Source: Thermodesulfobacteriota bacterium
GTDB taxonomy: Bacteria; DASVDK01
Assembly: GCA_036381125.1 (NCBI GenBank)
Contig: DASVDK010000171.1
Coordinates: 1-56,686 of the forward strand
Reading direction: 5' to 3'
Length of the DNA stretch: 56,686 nt
This document shows, in pieces, positions 1-9,538 of the stretch. The notes beneath the pieces are model-generated. The model did no database searches, had not been told where the DNA came from, and saw only the letters and a list, made by a program, of their open reading frames with translations. Position numbers and translations under genes: made by a program. Every line of letters starts with the position of its first letter. The stretch's first letter is position 1.

Positions 1-3000
1 GCCGACGGCAACCCGGTGCAGAAGATCCAGATGGCCACCCTGGAGATCTTCTCCCTCGGCGGCGCCACCATGGACAACGAGTGGAACCACATCCACCAGA
101 AGCTCCTGCGCGGCCTCGGCGTGGTGGCGATCGAGAACCAGGCCCGGATCTGACACAGCTCCAGCGTCCCCGGTCTGGGGGTGCGGCTCGGTCGCGGCGC
201 GGCGACGATGTACCCGGGGAGCCTCGCGGCCTCGGACTGCATCGTCTTCGAGGGGTCGAACATGGCGGAGTGCCACCCGGTGGCATTCCGCTGGGTCATG
301 GAGGGGAAGCGAAAGGGGGCGACGCTCATCCACGTCGATCCCCGCTTCACGCGGACGAGCGCGCTCTGCGACGTCTACGCGCCGATCCGCTCCGGGTCGG
401 ACGTCGCCTTCCTCGGCGGCCTGATCAACTACGTCATCAACTCGAAGCGGTGGAACGAGGAGCCGTTCTTCCGCGAGTTCGTCGTCAACTACACCAACGC
501 GGCGACGATCATCAGCGACGCCTTCAAGGACGCCGAGGACCTGAACGGCGTCTTCTCGGGCCTGGAGCCGTACGCGGGCGACCCGATCAACGGCTTCATC
601 GGCCAGTACAACAGCGAGAGCTGGCAGTACGCGCGCACGCAGATCGGCGATCAGGGCCGCGTCGCCGCCACCGCGCAGTCGGGCGAGCAGCCGGTCCCGT
701 CCGGTCAGGCGGGGCAGCCCGCCGACGCCCCGGATACGGCCCAGGCGACGCCGACCGGCGGCCCGCCGACCCAGACCGGCCAGTCGGGCCAGGCCGGCCA
801 GGCCCAGGGCGGGCCCGCCGCCGAGGGCGGCGGCACCGCCGGCCGCGCCGCGGCCACGGCCAGGAGCGGCGAGCAGCCGGTGCAGTCCGGCGCCCAGCAG
901 GCCGGACAGGCCGAGCAGGTCCCGGACGGCCCGCCGTACGACGCGCTCGTCCGCTCGCTCCGGAAGCCGGAACCGCGGACCGACCCGACGCTCCGGGACC
1001 CGCACACCGCCTTCCAGATCCTGAAGCGACACTTCGCCCGCTACACGCCCGAGATGGTCGAGCGAGTGACCGGCTGCCCCAGGGAGACGTTCATCAAGGT
1101 GGCCGAGACGCTGCTCGACAACTCGGGGCCCGACAAGACGTCCTCCTTCTGCTACGCGGTCGCCTGGACCCAGCACACGAACGGGCCGCAGACGATCAGC
1201 TGCGCGGCGCTGCTGCAGCTCCTGCTCGGCAACATGGGCCGGCCGGGCGGCGGCGTGATGGCGCTGCGCGGGCACGCGACCATCCAGGGCTCGACCGACG
1301 TGCCGACGCTGTACCACAGCATCCACGGCTACATGTCGCACCCGTCGGTCCTCAAGAAGCACGACACGCTCAAGGACTACCTCCTCACCGAGACGCTCCC
1401 CACGAGCTACTGGGCGAACGAGCCGAAGTTCATGGTGAGCTACCTCAAGTCGATGTACGGCGCGGCCGCGACGCCGGAGAACGACTTCGGCTACGGATGG
1501 CACCCGAGGATCACCGGCGACCACTCCCACTTCCCGATGTTCATCCTCATGGACCAGGGCAAGGTCCGCGGCGCGTTCATGATCGGACAGAACCCCGCCA
1601 CGTCGATCAACGCGCGCCTCGAGCGCCGGGCCCTCGGCAAGCTCGAGTGGCTCGTCGTGAAGGACAACTTCGAGACCGAGACGGCCGCGTTCTGGTACCG
1701 GTCGCCCGAGGTCCAGCGGGGGGAGGTCAAGCCGGAGGACATCAAGACGGAGGTGTTCTTCCTCCCCTCGGCCCAGGTCGCCGAGACGGAGGGCAGCTTC
1801 ACCAACACCCAGCGCCTCCTCCAGTGGCACGAGAAGGCCGCCAACCCGCCCGGCGACTGCCGATCCGACGCGTGGTTCACGTACCAGCTCGGCAAGCGCC
1901 TGAAGGCCATGTACGCCTCGAGCACCGAGCCGCGCGACGAGGGCTTCAAGGCGCTCGGGTGGGACTACGACATGGACGCCGGCACCCCCGGCGAGCACGT
2001 CGAGGGCGAGCCGGACGTCCACAAGATCCTCAAGGAGATCAACGGCTACGAGACCGCCACCGGCAACCACCTCAAGAGCTTCGGTGACCTGAAGGACGAC
2101 GGCTCGACCACCTGCGCGTCGTGGATCTACTCCGGCGTCTACCCGGCGCCGGGCCAGAACCGGGCGGCGAGCCGCAAGTCGCTGCCGCCGGGCACGCCGG
2201 AGCGGCCCGACCTCGAGTGGGGTTTCGCCTGGCCGGCCAACCGGCGCGTCATGTACAACCGCGCCTCGGCGCGACCCGACGGGAAGCCGTGGAGCGAGCG
2301 CAAGAAGTACATCTGGTGGGACGGGCAGAAGTGGACCGGCTACGACGTGCCGGACTTCCCGACCAACAAGCCCCCCGACGCGAAGGCCAAGCCCGGCGCC
2401 ATCGGCCTCGACGCCCACTCGGGCACGGACCCGTTCATCATGAAGGCCGACGGCAAGGGGTGGATCTTCGCCCCGACGGGGCTCGTGGACGGGCCGCTGC
2501 CGGCCCACTACGAGCCGGCCGAGTCGCCGGTGCAGAACCCGATCTACAAGCAACAGACGAGCCCGGTCTACAAGCGCTGGGCGATCGCCGACAACAACGA
2601 GCTCGCGAAGGTCGGCGACCCGAACTTCCCCATCGTCATCACGACCTACCGCCTCACGGAGCACCACCTCTCGGGCGCCATGAGCCGGTGGAACCCGTGG
2701 CTGGCCGAGCTGCAGCCGGAGCTCTTCATCGAGATGAGCCCCGAGCTGGCGGCCGAGAAGGGCATCGCCAACCTCGACTGGGTGCGCATCACCTCGCCGC
2801 GCGCCTCGGTCCGTGCGAAGGCGCTCGTGACGCGCCGCATGCGGCCCTTCACGATCGACGGCAAGCGGGTCCACCAGGTCGGCATGCCCTGGCACTGGGG
2901 CTTCCAGGGGGTCGTCACCGGCGACGTCACCAACGAGCTCACGGCCCTCGTCGGTGACCCGAACGTGTCGATCCACGAGGGCAAGGCCTTCGTCTGCAAC

Positions 3001-3030
3001 GTCGAGAAGGACACCGGAGGGACGGTATGA
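1..3030 (+). CDS. fdnG: Formate dehydrogenase alpha subunit (Mo/W-bisPGD), selenocysteine-containing; 5'-partial
   Basis: Frame 1 is open from base 1 (…SLGGATMDNE…ENQARI), then TGA at 151-153, then HSSSVPGLG in frame with the 949-aa ORF. The ARI-U-H pattern is the FDH Sec ligand motif; AECHP and LRGH motifs and a C-terminal molybdopterin dinucleotide domain are present. Confidence 0.95.
164..184 (+). promoter_or_regulatory. SECIS-like hairpin for fdnG UGA
   Basis: GCGTCCCC-GGTCT-GGGGGTGC: 8-bp stem (two G-U pairs) at +11..+31 from the UGA, loop GGUCU. Confidence 0.8.
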
Positions 3031-3149
3031 ACACGGCGCGCCACCGGTCGCGGGGTCCGGGGCGAAGCTCCGGAGGAGCGAAGGCCGGGCTCGCCCCGGC
3101 CGGAGCGGAAGCCGGCGCGCGCGCCGCCGACGAAGGAGGCGGCTGCTGA
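3027..3149 (+). CDS. 40-aa mini-ORF bridging fdnG and fdnH
   Basis: ATGA overlap with the fdnG stop, GGAGG at 3016-3020, and TGATG overlap with the fdnH start. Translates to MNTARHRSRGPGRSSGGAKAGLAPAGAEAGARAADEGGGC. Confidence 0.45.
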   Translation: MNTARHRSRGPGRSSGGAKAGLAPAGAEAGARAADEGGGC

Positions 3150-3970
3150 TGGCCGAACCGATGGGGTTCTTCACCGACTCGACGGTCTGCATCGGGTGCA
3201 AGGCGTGCGAGGTCGCGTGCAAGGAGTGGAACCAGCTCCCGGCGACCAACGGGGGCCAGAACACGCTCTCGGGCGACAGCTACGACAACACCCGCCAGCT
3301 CGACGGCATCCACTGGCGGCACGTCCGGTTCATCGAGCAGTTCAACGAGGACCGCTCGCAGGGCCGCTGGCTCATGAACTCGGACGTCTGCAAGCACTGC
3401 GTGCAGGCGGGCTGCCTGGAGGTGTGCCCGACCGGGGCGATCATCCGGACCGAGTTCGACACGGTCGTCATCCAGTCGGACGTCTGCAACGGCTGCCGCG
3501 ACTGCATCCCGGCCTGCCCGTTCGGCGTGATCGGGATGAACCCGGTGTCGAACACCGCGCAGAAGTGCACGCTCTGCTACGACCGGCTGAAGGTCGGGCT
3601 CGAGCCGGCGTGCGCCAAGGCCTGCCCGACCGACTCGATCAACTTCGGCACGATCGCCGACCTCCGCCAGATGGCACAGGACCGGGTGCGGAAGCTCCGC
3701 GCCGAAGGGGAGTCGCGCGCCTACCTCTACGGGGCGGACCCCGGGATGCTCGGCGGGCTCAACGCCTTCTTCCTGCTCGTGGACCGGCCCGAGGTCTACG
3801 GCCTGCCGGCCAACCCGCAACTGCCGTCGCGCAACCTCGGGCCGAACGCGGTCGGCGCGACCGCCGCCGCCGTCCTGGCCGGCATCGTTGGCTACTTCAC
3901 GCTCGGCCGCGACAGGCCGGAGGACCGGACCCGAGAGGACCGGACCGGAGAGGAGGTGCGGCGTGCCTGA
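3149..3970 (+). CDS. fdnH: Formate dehydrogenase iron-sulfur (beta) subunit
   Basis: MAEPMGFFTDSTVCIGCKACEVAC; four 4Fe-4S cysteine groups; hydrophobic C-terminal segment; RBS AAGGAGG. Confidence 0.93.
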   Translation: MAEPMGFFTDSTVCIGCKACEVACKEWNQLPATNGGQNTLSGDSYDNTRQLDGIHWRHVRFIEQFNEDRSQGRWLMNSDVCKHCVQAGCLEVCPTGAIIRTEFDTVVIQSDVCNGCRDCIPACPFGVIGMNPVSNTAQKCTLCYDRLKVGLEPACAKACPTDSINFGTIADLRQMAQDRVRKLRAEGESRAYLYGADPGMLGGLNAFFLLVDRPEVYGLPANPQLPSRNLGPNAVGATAAAVLAGIVGYFTLGRDRPEDRTREDRTGEEVRRA

Positions 3971-4877
3971 GGCCATTCCGAGCACGTTCTTCACCCGCCC
4001 ACCCGAGTGGTCCTGGCTCATCGTCTGGTACTTCTTCCTCGGCGGGCTGGCCGGGGGCGCGGCCTTCATCGCGGCCATCCTCGAGCTGATCGGCCGCCCG
4101 GGCGACCGCCCCCTCATCCGGGTGGCGTACTACATCGCCTTCCCGGCCATGGTCATCAGCACGCTCCTGCTCATCGCCGACCTCGGACGGCCCGAGCGCT
4201 TCTGGCACATGATCGTCCAGTCGGAGACCGCCAGGCCGGCGTTCAAGTCCTGGTCGCCGATCTCGTTCGGCGCGTGGCTCGTGGGTCTCTTCACGATCTT
4301 CACGTTCATCGGCTTCGTCCGGTCCTTCGTCGAGGAGGGCTACCTGCGGTGGGGCTGGCTCGCCGACGCGCTGCGCGACCTCCCCGGGAAGCTCTTCGCC
4401 GTCCTGAGCGGGCTGCTGGGGCTCTGGGTGGCGGGCTATACGGGCGTGCTCCTCGCGGTGACGAACCGGCCGATCTGGGCCGACACGTCGTTCCTGGGGG
4501 CGCTCTTCCTGCTCTCGGGCGCCTCGACGGCCGCCGCCGCGCTGATCCTCGCGGGACACGCCATGCGGCCCGTGCCGGACGCGTCGGTGCATCGCCTCGA
4601 GCGGCTCGACACCGGCGTGATGCTCCTCGAGCTCCTCGCGCTCCTCGCGCTCGTCTTCTCCCTCGGCGTGGTGGCGCGCGTCTGGCTGTCGTGGTGGGGG
4701 GCGCTCCTCGTCGTCGGGGTCGTGCTGGCCGGCATCCTCGTACCGCTCGCCCTGCACGCGAGACGGCGGCGCTTCTGGCCGGCGTCCGTGACCGCCGCCG
4801 TGCTGGTCCTGATCGGCGGCTTCCTCCTGCGAGTCGTGATGGTCCTCTCCTCGGAAGGGATTCCCTATGGCGGCTGA
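3963..4877 (+). CDS. NrfD/PsrC-family membrane anchor
   Basis: W.WLIVWYFFLGGLAGG and DLGRPERFWHM motifs, multiple TM helices; GTG start overlaps the fdnH end. Confidence 0.88.
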   Translation: MPEAIPSTFFTRPPEWSWLIVWYFFLGGLAGGAAFIAAILELIGRPGDRPLIRVAYYIAFPAMVISTLLLIADLGRPERFWHMIVQSETARPAFKSWSPISFGAWLVGLFTIFTFIGFVRSFVEEGYLRWGWLADALRDLPGKLFAVLSGLLGLWVAGYTGVLLAVTNRPIWADTSFLGALFLLSGASTAAAALILAGHAMRPVPDASVHRLERLDTGVMLLELLALLALVFSLGVVARVWLSWWGALLVVGVVLAGILVPLALHARRRRFWPASVTAAVLVLIGGFLLRVVMVLSSEGIPYGG

Positions 4878-5118
4878 GCGTCCCGCGGTCCGGGTCGGCC
4901 TGCTGGTTGCCCTCCTCGTGCTCGCGGCGGGGTGCAGCAGCCCCGAGGCGAGCCGGGGCCGCGGCGGCGGGGCCGGCGCCGACCCTCGCAACACCGGCGC
5001 CCTCGTGCAGATGCACGGGGGCTCTCGCCCCTATCAGGGCACGCCCTGCCTCGGCGGCCCGGCGGCCTGCGCCGAGCAGGAGGCCTCCACCGCCATGGCC
5101 CGCTCCGGATCGCAGTGA
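4867..5118 (+). CDS. Small predicted lipoprotein (83 aa)
   Basis: Hydrophobic stretch plus lipobox LAAG-C; overlaps both flanking operon genes. Confidence 0.7.
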   Translation: MAAERPAVRVGLLVALLVLAAGCSSPEASRGRGGGAGADPRNTGALVQMHGGSRPYQGTPCLGGPAACAEQEASTAMARSGSQ

Positions 5119-5963
5119 CCGGCGGCGAGACGGTCGCGCGCCTCGAGCGGCTCGGCCGGCGAGACCCGTCGCTCGCGCCCGTACTCGGTCTCTACGAGAC
5201 CGCGTTGCGGGAGGCCGACGACCGGTCCTGGGACGCCGCGGTCGAGCCGGGGCCGGCCGCGGCCGGCGCGCCGGCGATCGCGCACGCGCGCCTCACCCTC
5301 GACCCGGCCGTGCTGCGCGAGTGGACGGCGCGGCTCGCGGCGGCGACCGACCGCCTCGCCGACGGCGCGGTCGCCGCATCGGCGGCGCGCCTCGACCCGG
5401 CGGCGCTCGTGCTCGCCGCCGTTCGCCTGGACGACGCCGCCCTCGAGTCGCTCGCGCGGGCGGCCGGCGTGCTCCCCGAGACCGTCGCGGTGCTGGCGCA
5501 CCTGGCGGCGCTGCCGCTGCTCGCGGCGGTCGGACGGCGGCTCGGGCCGGCCCCGGCCGGGTGGACGCACGGCGGCTGCCCGGTCTGCGGCGCGTGGCCG
5601 GTGCTGTCCGAGCTGCGCGGCATCGAGAACGAGCGCCACCTGCGTTGCGGCCGCTGCGGGAGCGACTGGGCCGCGCCCTGGCTCTTCTGCCCGTTCTGCG
5701 AGACCACCGACCACCAGCAGCTCGGCTCGCTCGTCCTCGAGGCGGCCGCGGACCGGCGCAAGATCGACGTCTGTCGGTCCTGCCGCGGCTTCCTCAAGGC
5801 GCTGCCGACGCTGAAGCCGCTCGATCCGCGGGCCGTCGTCGTCGAGGACCTGGCCAACGTGGAGCTGGACGTCGCGGCTCTCGAGCGCGGCTTCGAGCGG
5901 CCGTCGACGCCGCCCTGGGCGCCCCTGCCCGTCCGGGCGGCCGGCGCGCGGGCACGGATGTGA
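5115..5963 (+). CDS. fdhE: Formate dehydrogenase accessory protein FdhE
   Basis: CPVCG, CGRCG, CPFCE and CRSC pairs and a DLANVELD motif; GTGA overlap with the lipoprotein stop. Confidence 0.9.
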   Translation: MTGGETVARLERLGRRDPSLAPVLGLYETALREADDRSWDAAVEPGPAAAGAPAIAHARLTLDPAVLREWTARLAAATDRLADGAVAASAARLDPAALVLAAVRLDDAALESLARAAGVLPETVAVLAHLAALPLLAAVGRRLGPAPAGWTHGGCPVCGAWPVLSELRGIENERHLRCGRCGSDWAAPWLFCPFCETTDHQQLGSLVLEAAADRRKIDVCRSCRGFLKALPTLKPLDPRAVVVEDLANVELDVAALERGFERPSTPPWAPLPVRAAGARARM

Positions 5964-6325
5964 GCGCCGACGCCGCCCTGCGGCCGGCCGCGGTCTGCCG
6001 CCGCCTCCTCGCGGCCCTCGACGCGGCCGAGGGACGCCGGCGCAGCCGCAAGCGCGACACGACGCCCGACGCGATCGGGCTCGCCATCAAGCGAGCCCTT
6101 CTCGAGGAGATCGTCGCCGCAGATCCCGACCCGGAGGCGCTCGAGGCCTGGCTGCTCGCGCGCTGCACGGCCGAGGCGACCGGCGAAGGAGCCTGGCGCG
6201 CGATGGCGCGCGACGTCCTCGCCGAGTGGCGCCTCGCCGTCGAGTCGCGGGACTTCGGCGAGTGGCTCGCCCGCGGCGCGCCGTCGGACGACGCGGGGGG
6301 TGAGTCGCCTAGAACAGACCGGTGA
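5960..6325 (+). CDS. Hypothetical protein (121 aa), last gene of the fdh operon
   Basis: GTGA overlap with fdhE; C-terminal part of the 4007..6325 ORF (AAEGRRRSRKRDTTPDAIGL…GAPSDD). Confidence 0.7.
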   Translation: MSADAALRPAAVCRRLLAALDAAEGRRRSRKRDTTPDAIGLAIKRALLEEIVAADPDPEALEAWLLARCTAEATGEGAWRAMARDVLAEWRLAVESRDFGEWLARGAPSDDAGGESPRTDR

Positions 6326-7970
6326 TGCGGCCCGACTCGTCGAGGTCCACCTGCTCGGCGGCCGGTCGCTCGGGGAGGCCCGGCATCGTGAGGATGTCGC
6401 CCGCCAGCGCGACGACGAAGCCGGCGCCGGCGGAGAGCCGGACGTCCCGCACGGTGACGCGGAACCCGGTCGGCCGCCCCCGCCTGGTGGGGTCGTCGGA
6501 CAGCGAGTTCTGCGTCTTGGCGATGCAGATCGGCAGCCGGCCGTAGCCGGCCTCCTCGTACCGGGCGAGCTTCCTCGCGGCGGCCGGCTCGATCGCGACG
6601 CCGTCGGCGCCGTACATGGTCCGCGCCACGGTCTCGATCTTGGCGGCCAGCGGCAGGTCGTCCGGGTAGAGCTGCGCGAAGCGCCGGCCGCCGTCCCCGG
6701 CCGCCTCGACCACCGCGCGGGCGAGCGCCTCGCCCCCCGCGCCCCCCCGCGCCCCGACCTCCGAGCGGACCGCCACGGCGCCCATCGCCTCCACGCCGCG
6801 GATCACCGCCTCCCGCTCGACCTCCGCGTCGGTGACGAAGTCGTTCAGCGCCACGACCGGGGTGAGCCCGAACGCCCGGACGTTCTCCACGTGCTTCTCG
6901 AGGTTCGCGAGCCCGCGCTCGACCGCCGCCACGTCGGTCGCCTTCAGGTCGGCCAGCGTGACGCCGCCGTGCATCTTGAGGGCGCGCACGGTCGCGACCA
7001 CGACCGCTGCCGCGGGCCTCAGGCCCGCGGCGCGGCACTTGATGTCGACGAACTTCTCCGCGCCGAGGTCGCTCGCGAAGCCGGCCTCGGTGACGACGTA
7101 GTCCGCGAGCTTGAGCGCCAGCCGCGTGGCGACGACGCTGTTGCAGCCGTGGGCGATGTTGCCGAACGGGCCGCCGTGGATGAAGGCGGGGGTCCCCTCC
7201 CGGGTCTGGGCCAGGTTCGGCTTGAGGGCGTCGCGCAGGAGGGCGGCCATGGCGCCGGCCGCCCTGAGGTCGCCGGCCGTGACGAACCGTCCCTGGGCGT
7301 CCTCCCCGACGACGATCCGGGCGAGGCGCGCCTTCAGGTCCGCGTAGCTCTGCGCGAGGCAGAGGATGGCCATGACCTCCGAGGCCGCCGTGATGTCGAA
7401 GCCGGCCTCGCGCAGCACGCCGTTGCCCCGGCCGCCCAGGCCGACGACGACGTGCCGGAGCACCCGCTCGTTCATGTCCATCGCGCGGCGCACGGTCACC
7501 CGCCGAGGGTCGAGTGCCGTCGTGCCGTGGTGGAGCGCGTTGTCCACCATCGCGGCGAGGAGGTTGGTCGCCGTGGTGATCGCGTGCAGGTCGCCGGTGA
7601 AGTGGAGGTTGATCTCGTCCATCGGCTCGACCATCGCCCGGCCGCCGCCGGTGGCCCCTCCCTTCACCCCGAAGACCGGCCCGAGCGACGGCTCGCGCAG
7701 GGCGATGGCCGCCTTGTGACCGAGCGCCCGCAGGCCGTCGCCGAGGCCGATGGTCGTGGTCGACTTCCCCTCGCCGGCCGGCGTCGGCGTCATGGCGGTC
7801 ACCAGGACGAGCGTGCCGTCCGGACGGTCCGACAGCCGATCGAGCACGTCGAGCGGGACCTTGGCCTTGTAGTGCCCGTAGGGTTCGAGGTCGTGCGGCT
7901 CGAGGCCGAGCTTTCGCGCGATCGCGGCGATCGGCTCGAGCGCCCCGGTGGACGATGCGCTTCGCGTCAT
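6309..7970 (-). CDS. fhs: Formate--tetrahydrofolate ligase
   Basis: TPAGEGKSTT, INLHFTGDLHAIT, HGGPFGNIAHGCNS and TMPGLP motifs; start placed at MTRSASS. Confidence 0.97.
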   Translation of the reverse strand: MTRSASSTGALEPIAAIARKLGLEPHDLEPYGHYKAKVPLDVLDRLSDRPDGTLVLVTAMTPTPAGEGKSTTTIGLGDGLRALGHKAAIALREPSLGPVFGVKGGATGGGRAMVEPMDEINLHFTGDLHAITTATNLLAAMVDNALHHGTTALDPRRVTVRRAMDMNERVLRHVVVGLGGRGNGVLREAGFDITAASEVMAILCLAQSYADLKARLARIVVGEDAQGRFVTAGDLRAAGAMAALLRDALKPNLAQTREGTPAFIHGGPFGNIAHGCNSVVATRLALKLADYVVTEAGFASDLGAEKFVDIKCRAAGLRPAAAVVVATVRALKMHGGVTLADLKATDVAAVERGLANLEKHVENVRAFGLTPVVALNDFVTDAEVEREAVIRGVEAMGAVAVRSEVGARGGAGGEALARAVVEAAGDGGRRFAQLYPDDLPLAAKIETVARTMYGADGVAIEPAAARKLARYEEAGYGRLPICIAKTQNSLSDDPTRRGRPTGFRVTVRDVRLSAGAGFVVALAGDILTMPGLPERPAAEQVDLDESGRITGLF

Positions 7971-8275
7971 GGTCGGGAGGCCCTCGTCGCGGTCAGGGCG
8001 CCTCGCGTCGAACCGCGGGCCCCGGAGGGACAGCCTAGCCGACACGGACCGGAGCGTCGAGCGCCGGGTTGCCGTCCGGCCGCGGCACCGCCCCCCCGCC
8101 GGGCGGGAGGCGGACCATGCCGTCCCCCCGGGCGTGCCGACGAACCTGGCGCCTGCTCAGCCGGCCCGGATGCCGGACCCCGTCCGGCCGACCCACCGCC
8201 GGTGTGACCCGGCGCATGGACACGGCGCACGGCCCGCCCGTACCCTTGCCCCTTCCTTTACTCAGGGAGGAAGCC

Positions 8276-9292
8276 ATGGGTCGACCACTCCATCCGCGCC
8301 GTGCCGGCGTGCGCGGCGCCGTCCTCCTCGCGGCCGTCGCGCTCCTCGCGACCGGCTGCGTCTCCAAGAAGGCGTTCGTCGCCAAGAGCCAGGAACTCGA
8401 CGCCGCCACCGCGGCGCTCGCGAAGGAGCGCGAGCGGGCCGCGGACCTCGACGCCCAGCTCGCCGCGGCGCGCGGCGAGGTCGCGCGCCTGACGAGCCAG
8501 CTCGCCGAGGTCTCGAGCCAGCGCGAGACCCTCGCTCGCCAGCTCGCCCTGGTGCAGGAGTCGGCCTCCCAGAAGGACGTGAACATCAGGCAGCTCACCA
8601 CCCGCTACGACGGGCTCATCAAGGACCTCGAGCGCCAGAAGAGCGAGCTGTCGGCGCGCGCCTCCGACCTCTCCGGCCGGCTCGCCGAGGCCGAGAGCCA
8701 GCTCGCCTCGCTCACGGCCGAGCGGCAGCGGCTCCAGGTCGACCTCGACGCCATGCGGGCGACGCTCGGGGAGACCCAGGCCCAGCTCGCCGAGCGGGAG
8801 CGCGCGCTGCGCGACACCACCGCAACCTACGACAAGCTCGTCGCCGACCTCAAGGGCGAGATCGCCGAAGGGCAGGTGCAGATCACCCAGCTTCGCGACC
8901 GGCTGACCGTGAACCTGGTCGACAAGATCCTCTTCGACTCCGGCTCGATCGTCATCAAGCCGCGTGGACGCGAGGTGCTGCAGAAGGTGGCCGAGGTCCT
9001 GCGGACGGTGAGCGACAAGCGGATCCAGATCGAGGGGCACACCGACAACGTGCCGATCGCGGCCTCGCTGCAGAGCCGCTTCCCGACGAACTGGGAGCTG
9101 GCCGCCGCCCGCGCCACGGCGGTCGCGCGGTTCCTCCAGGACCAGGGAGGCGTCGATCCCACCCGCCTGGTCGCCACGGGCTACGGCGAGTACCACCCCG
9201 TGGCCTCGAACGACACCCCCGAAGGGCGGGCCCAGAACCGCCGCATCGAGATCGTCCTCGTCCCGCTCACGCTCGAAGCCGCGGTCCAGTAA
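8276..9292 (+). CDS. OmpA/MotB-domain lipoprotein with long coiled coil
   Basis: Lipobox LATG-C, heptad-rich middle region, ILFDSG…IEGHTDNVP…NWELAAARA…NRRIEI; RBS GGAGG. Confidence 0.88.
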   Translation: MGRPLHPRRAGVRGAVLLAAVALLATGCVSKKAFVAKSQELDAATAALAKERERAADLDAQLAAARGEVARLTSQLAEVSSQRETLARQLALVQESASQKDVNIRQLTTRYDGLIKDLERQKSELSARASDLSGRLAEAESQLASLTAERQRLQVDLDAMRATLGETQAQLAERERALRDTTATYDKLVADLKGEIAEGQVQITQLRDRLTVNLVDKILFDSGSIVIKPRGREVLQKVAEVLRTVSDKRIQIEGHTDNVPIAASLQSRFPTNWELAAARATAVARFLQDQGGVDPTRLVATGYGEYHPVASNDTPEGRAQNRRIEIVLVPLTLEAAVQ

Positions 9293-9311
9293 CCCCCCGA
9301 CCCGCGCGCCC

Positions 9312-9360
9312 GGGGTCAGGCCTTTCCGTTTTCCTTCGGAGAAGGTCGAGGCCTGACCCC
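9312..9360. repeat. Intergenic inverted repeat GGGGTCAGGCCT…AGGCCTGACCCC (REP-like)
   Basis: Perfect 12-bp arms at 9312-9323 and 9349-9360. Confidence 0.75.
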
Positions 9361-9538
9361 ATCGGGCCATCGGTCGGGACATCGCCGGGTCACCTGAGGC
9401 CGGCGTTCCCCGCTCTCCTCCGCTCCGAACTCCGCCAGGCGCCCGCCATGACACCGAACGCAGCCTGGCACACCGCCTGCTCGCCGTGGGCGGCGTCCAC
9501 CGTTCGACACACCGCGACCGACCTGAAGGAGGTCCACA

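Noticed and set aside
81-2087. Long alternative-frame ORFs (e.g. 81..2087, 7948..10965, 41011..43653, 46526..48568)
   Set aside because: Arg/Gly/Pro-rich shadow ORFs typical of high-GC DNA, overlapping genes with clear family motifs.
3141-3149. GGC-TGC-TGA (Gly-Cys-Sec-like) end of the mini-ORF
   Set aside because: Read-through would run out of frame over fdnH with no recognisable protein; the TGATG overlap explains it as a stop.
8276-9292. Flagellar stator MotB
   Set aside because: It has a lipobox rather than the MotB TM helix with the conserved Asp, and there is no motA or flagellar gene nearby.
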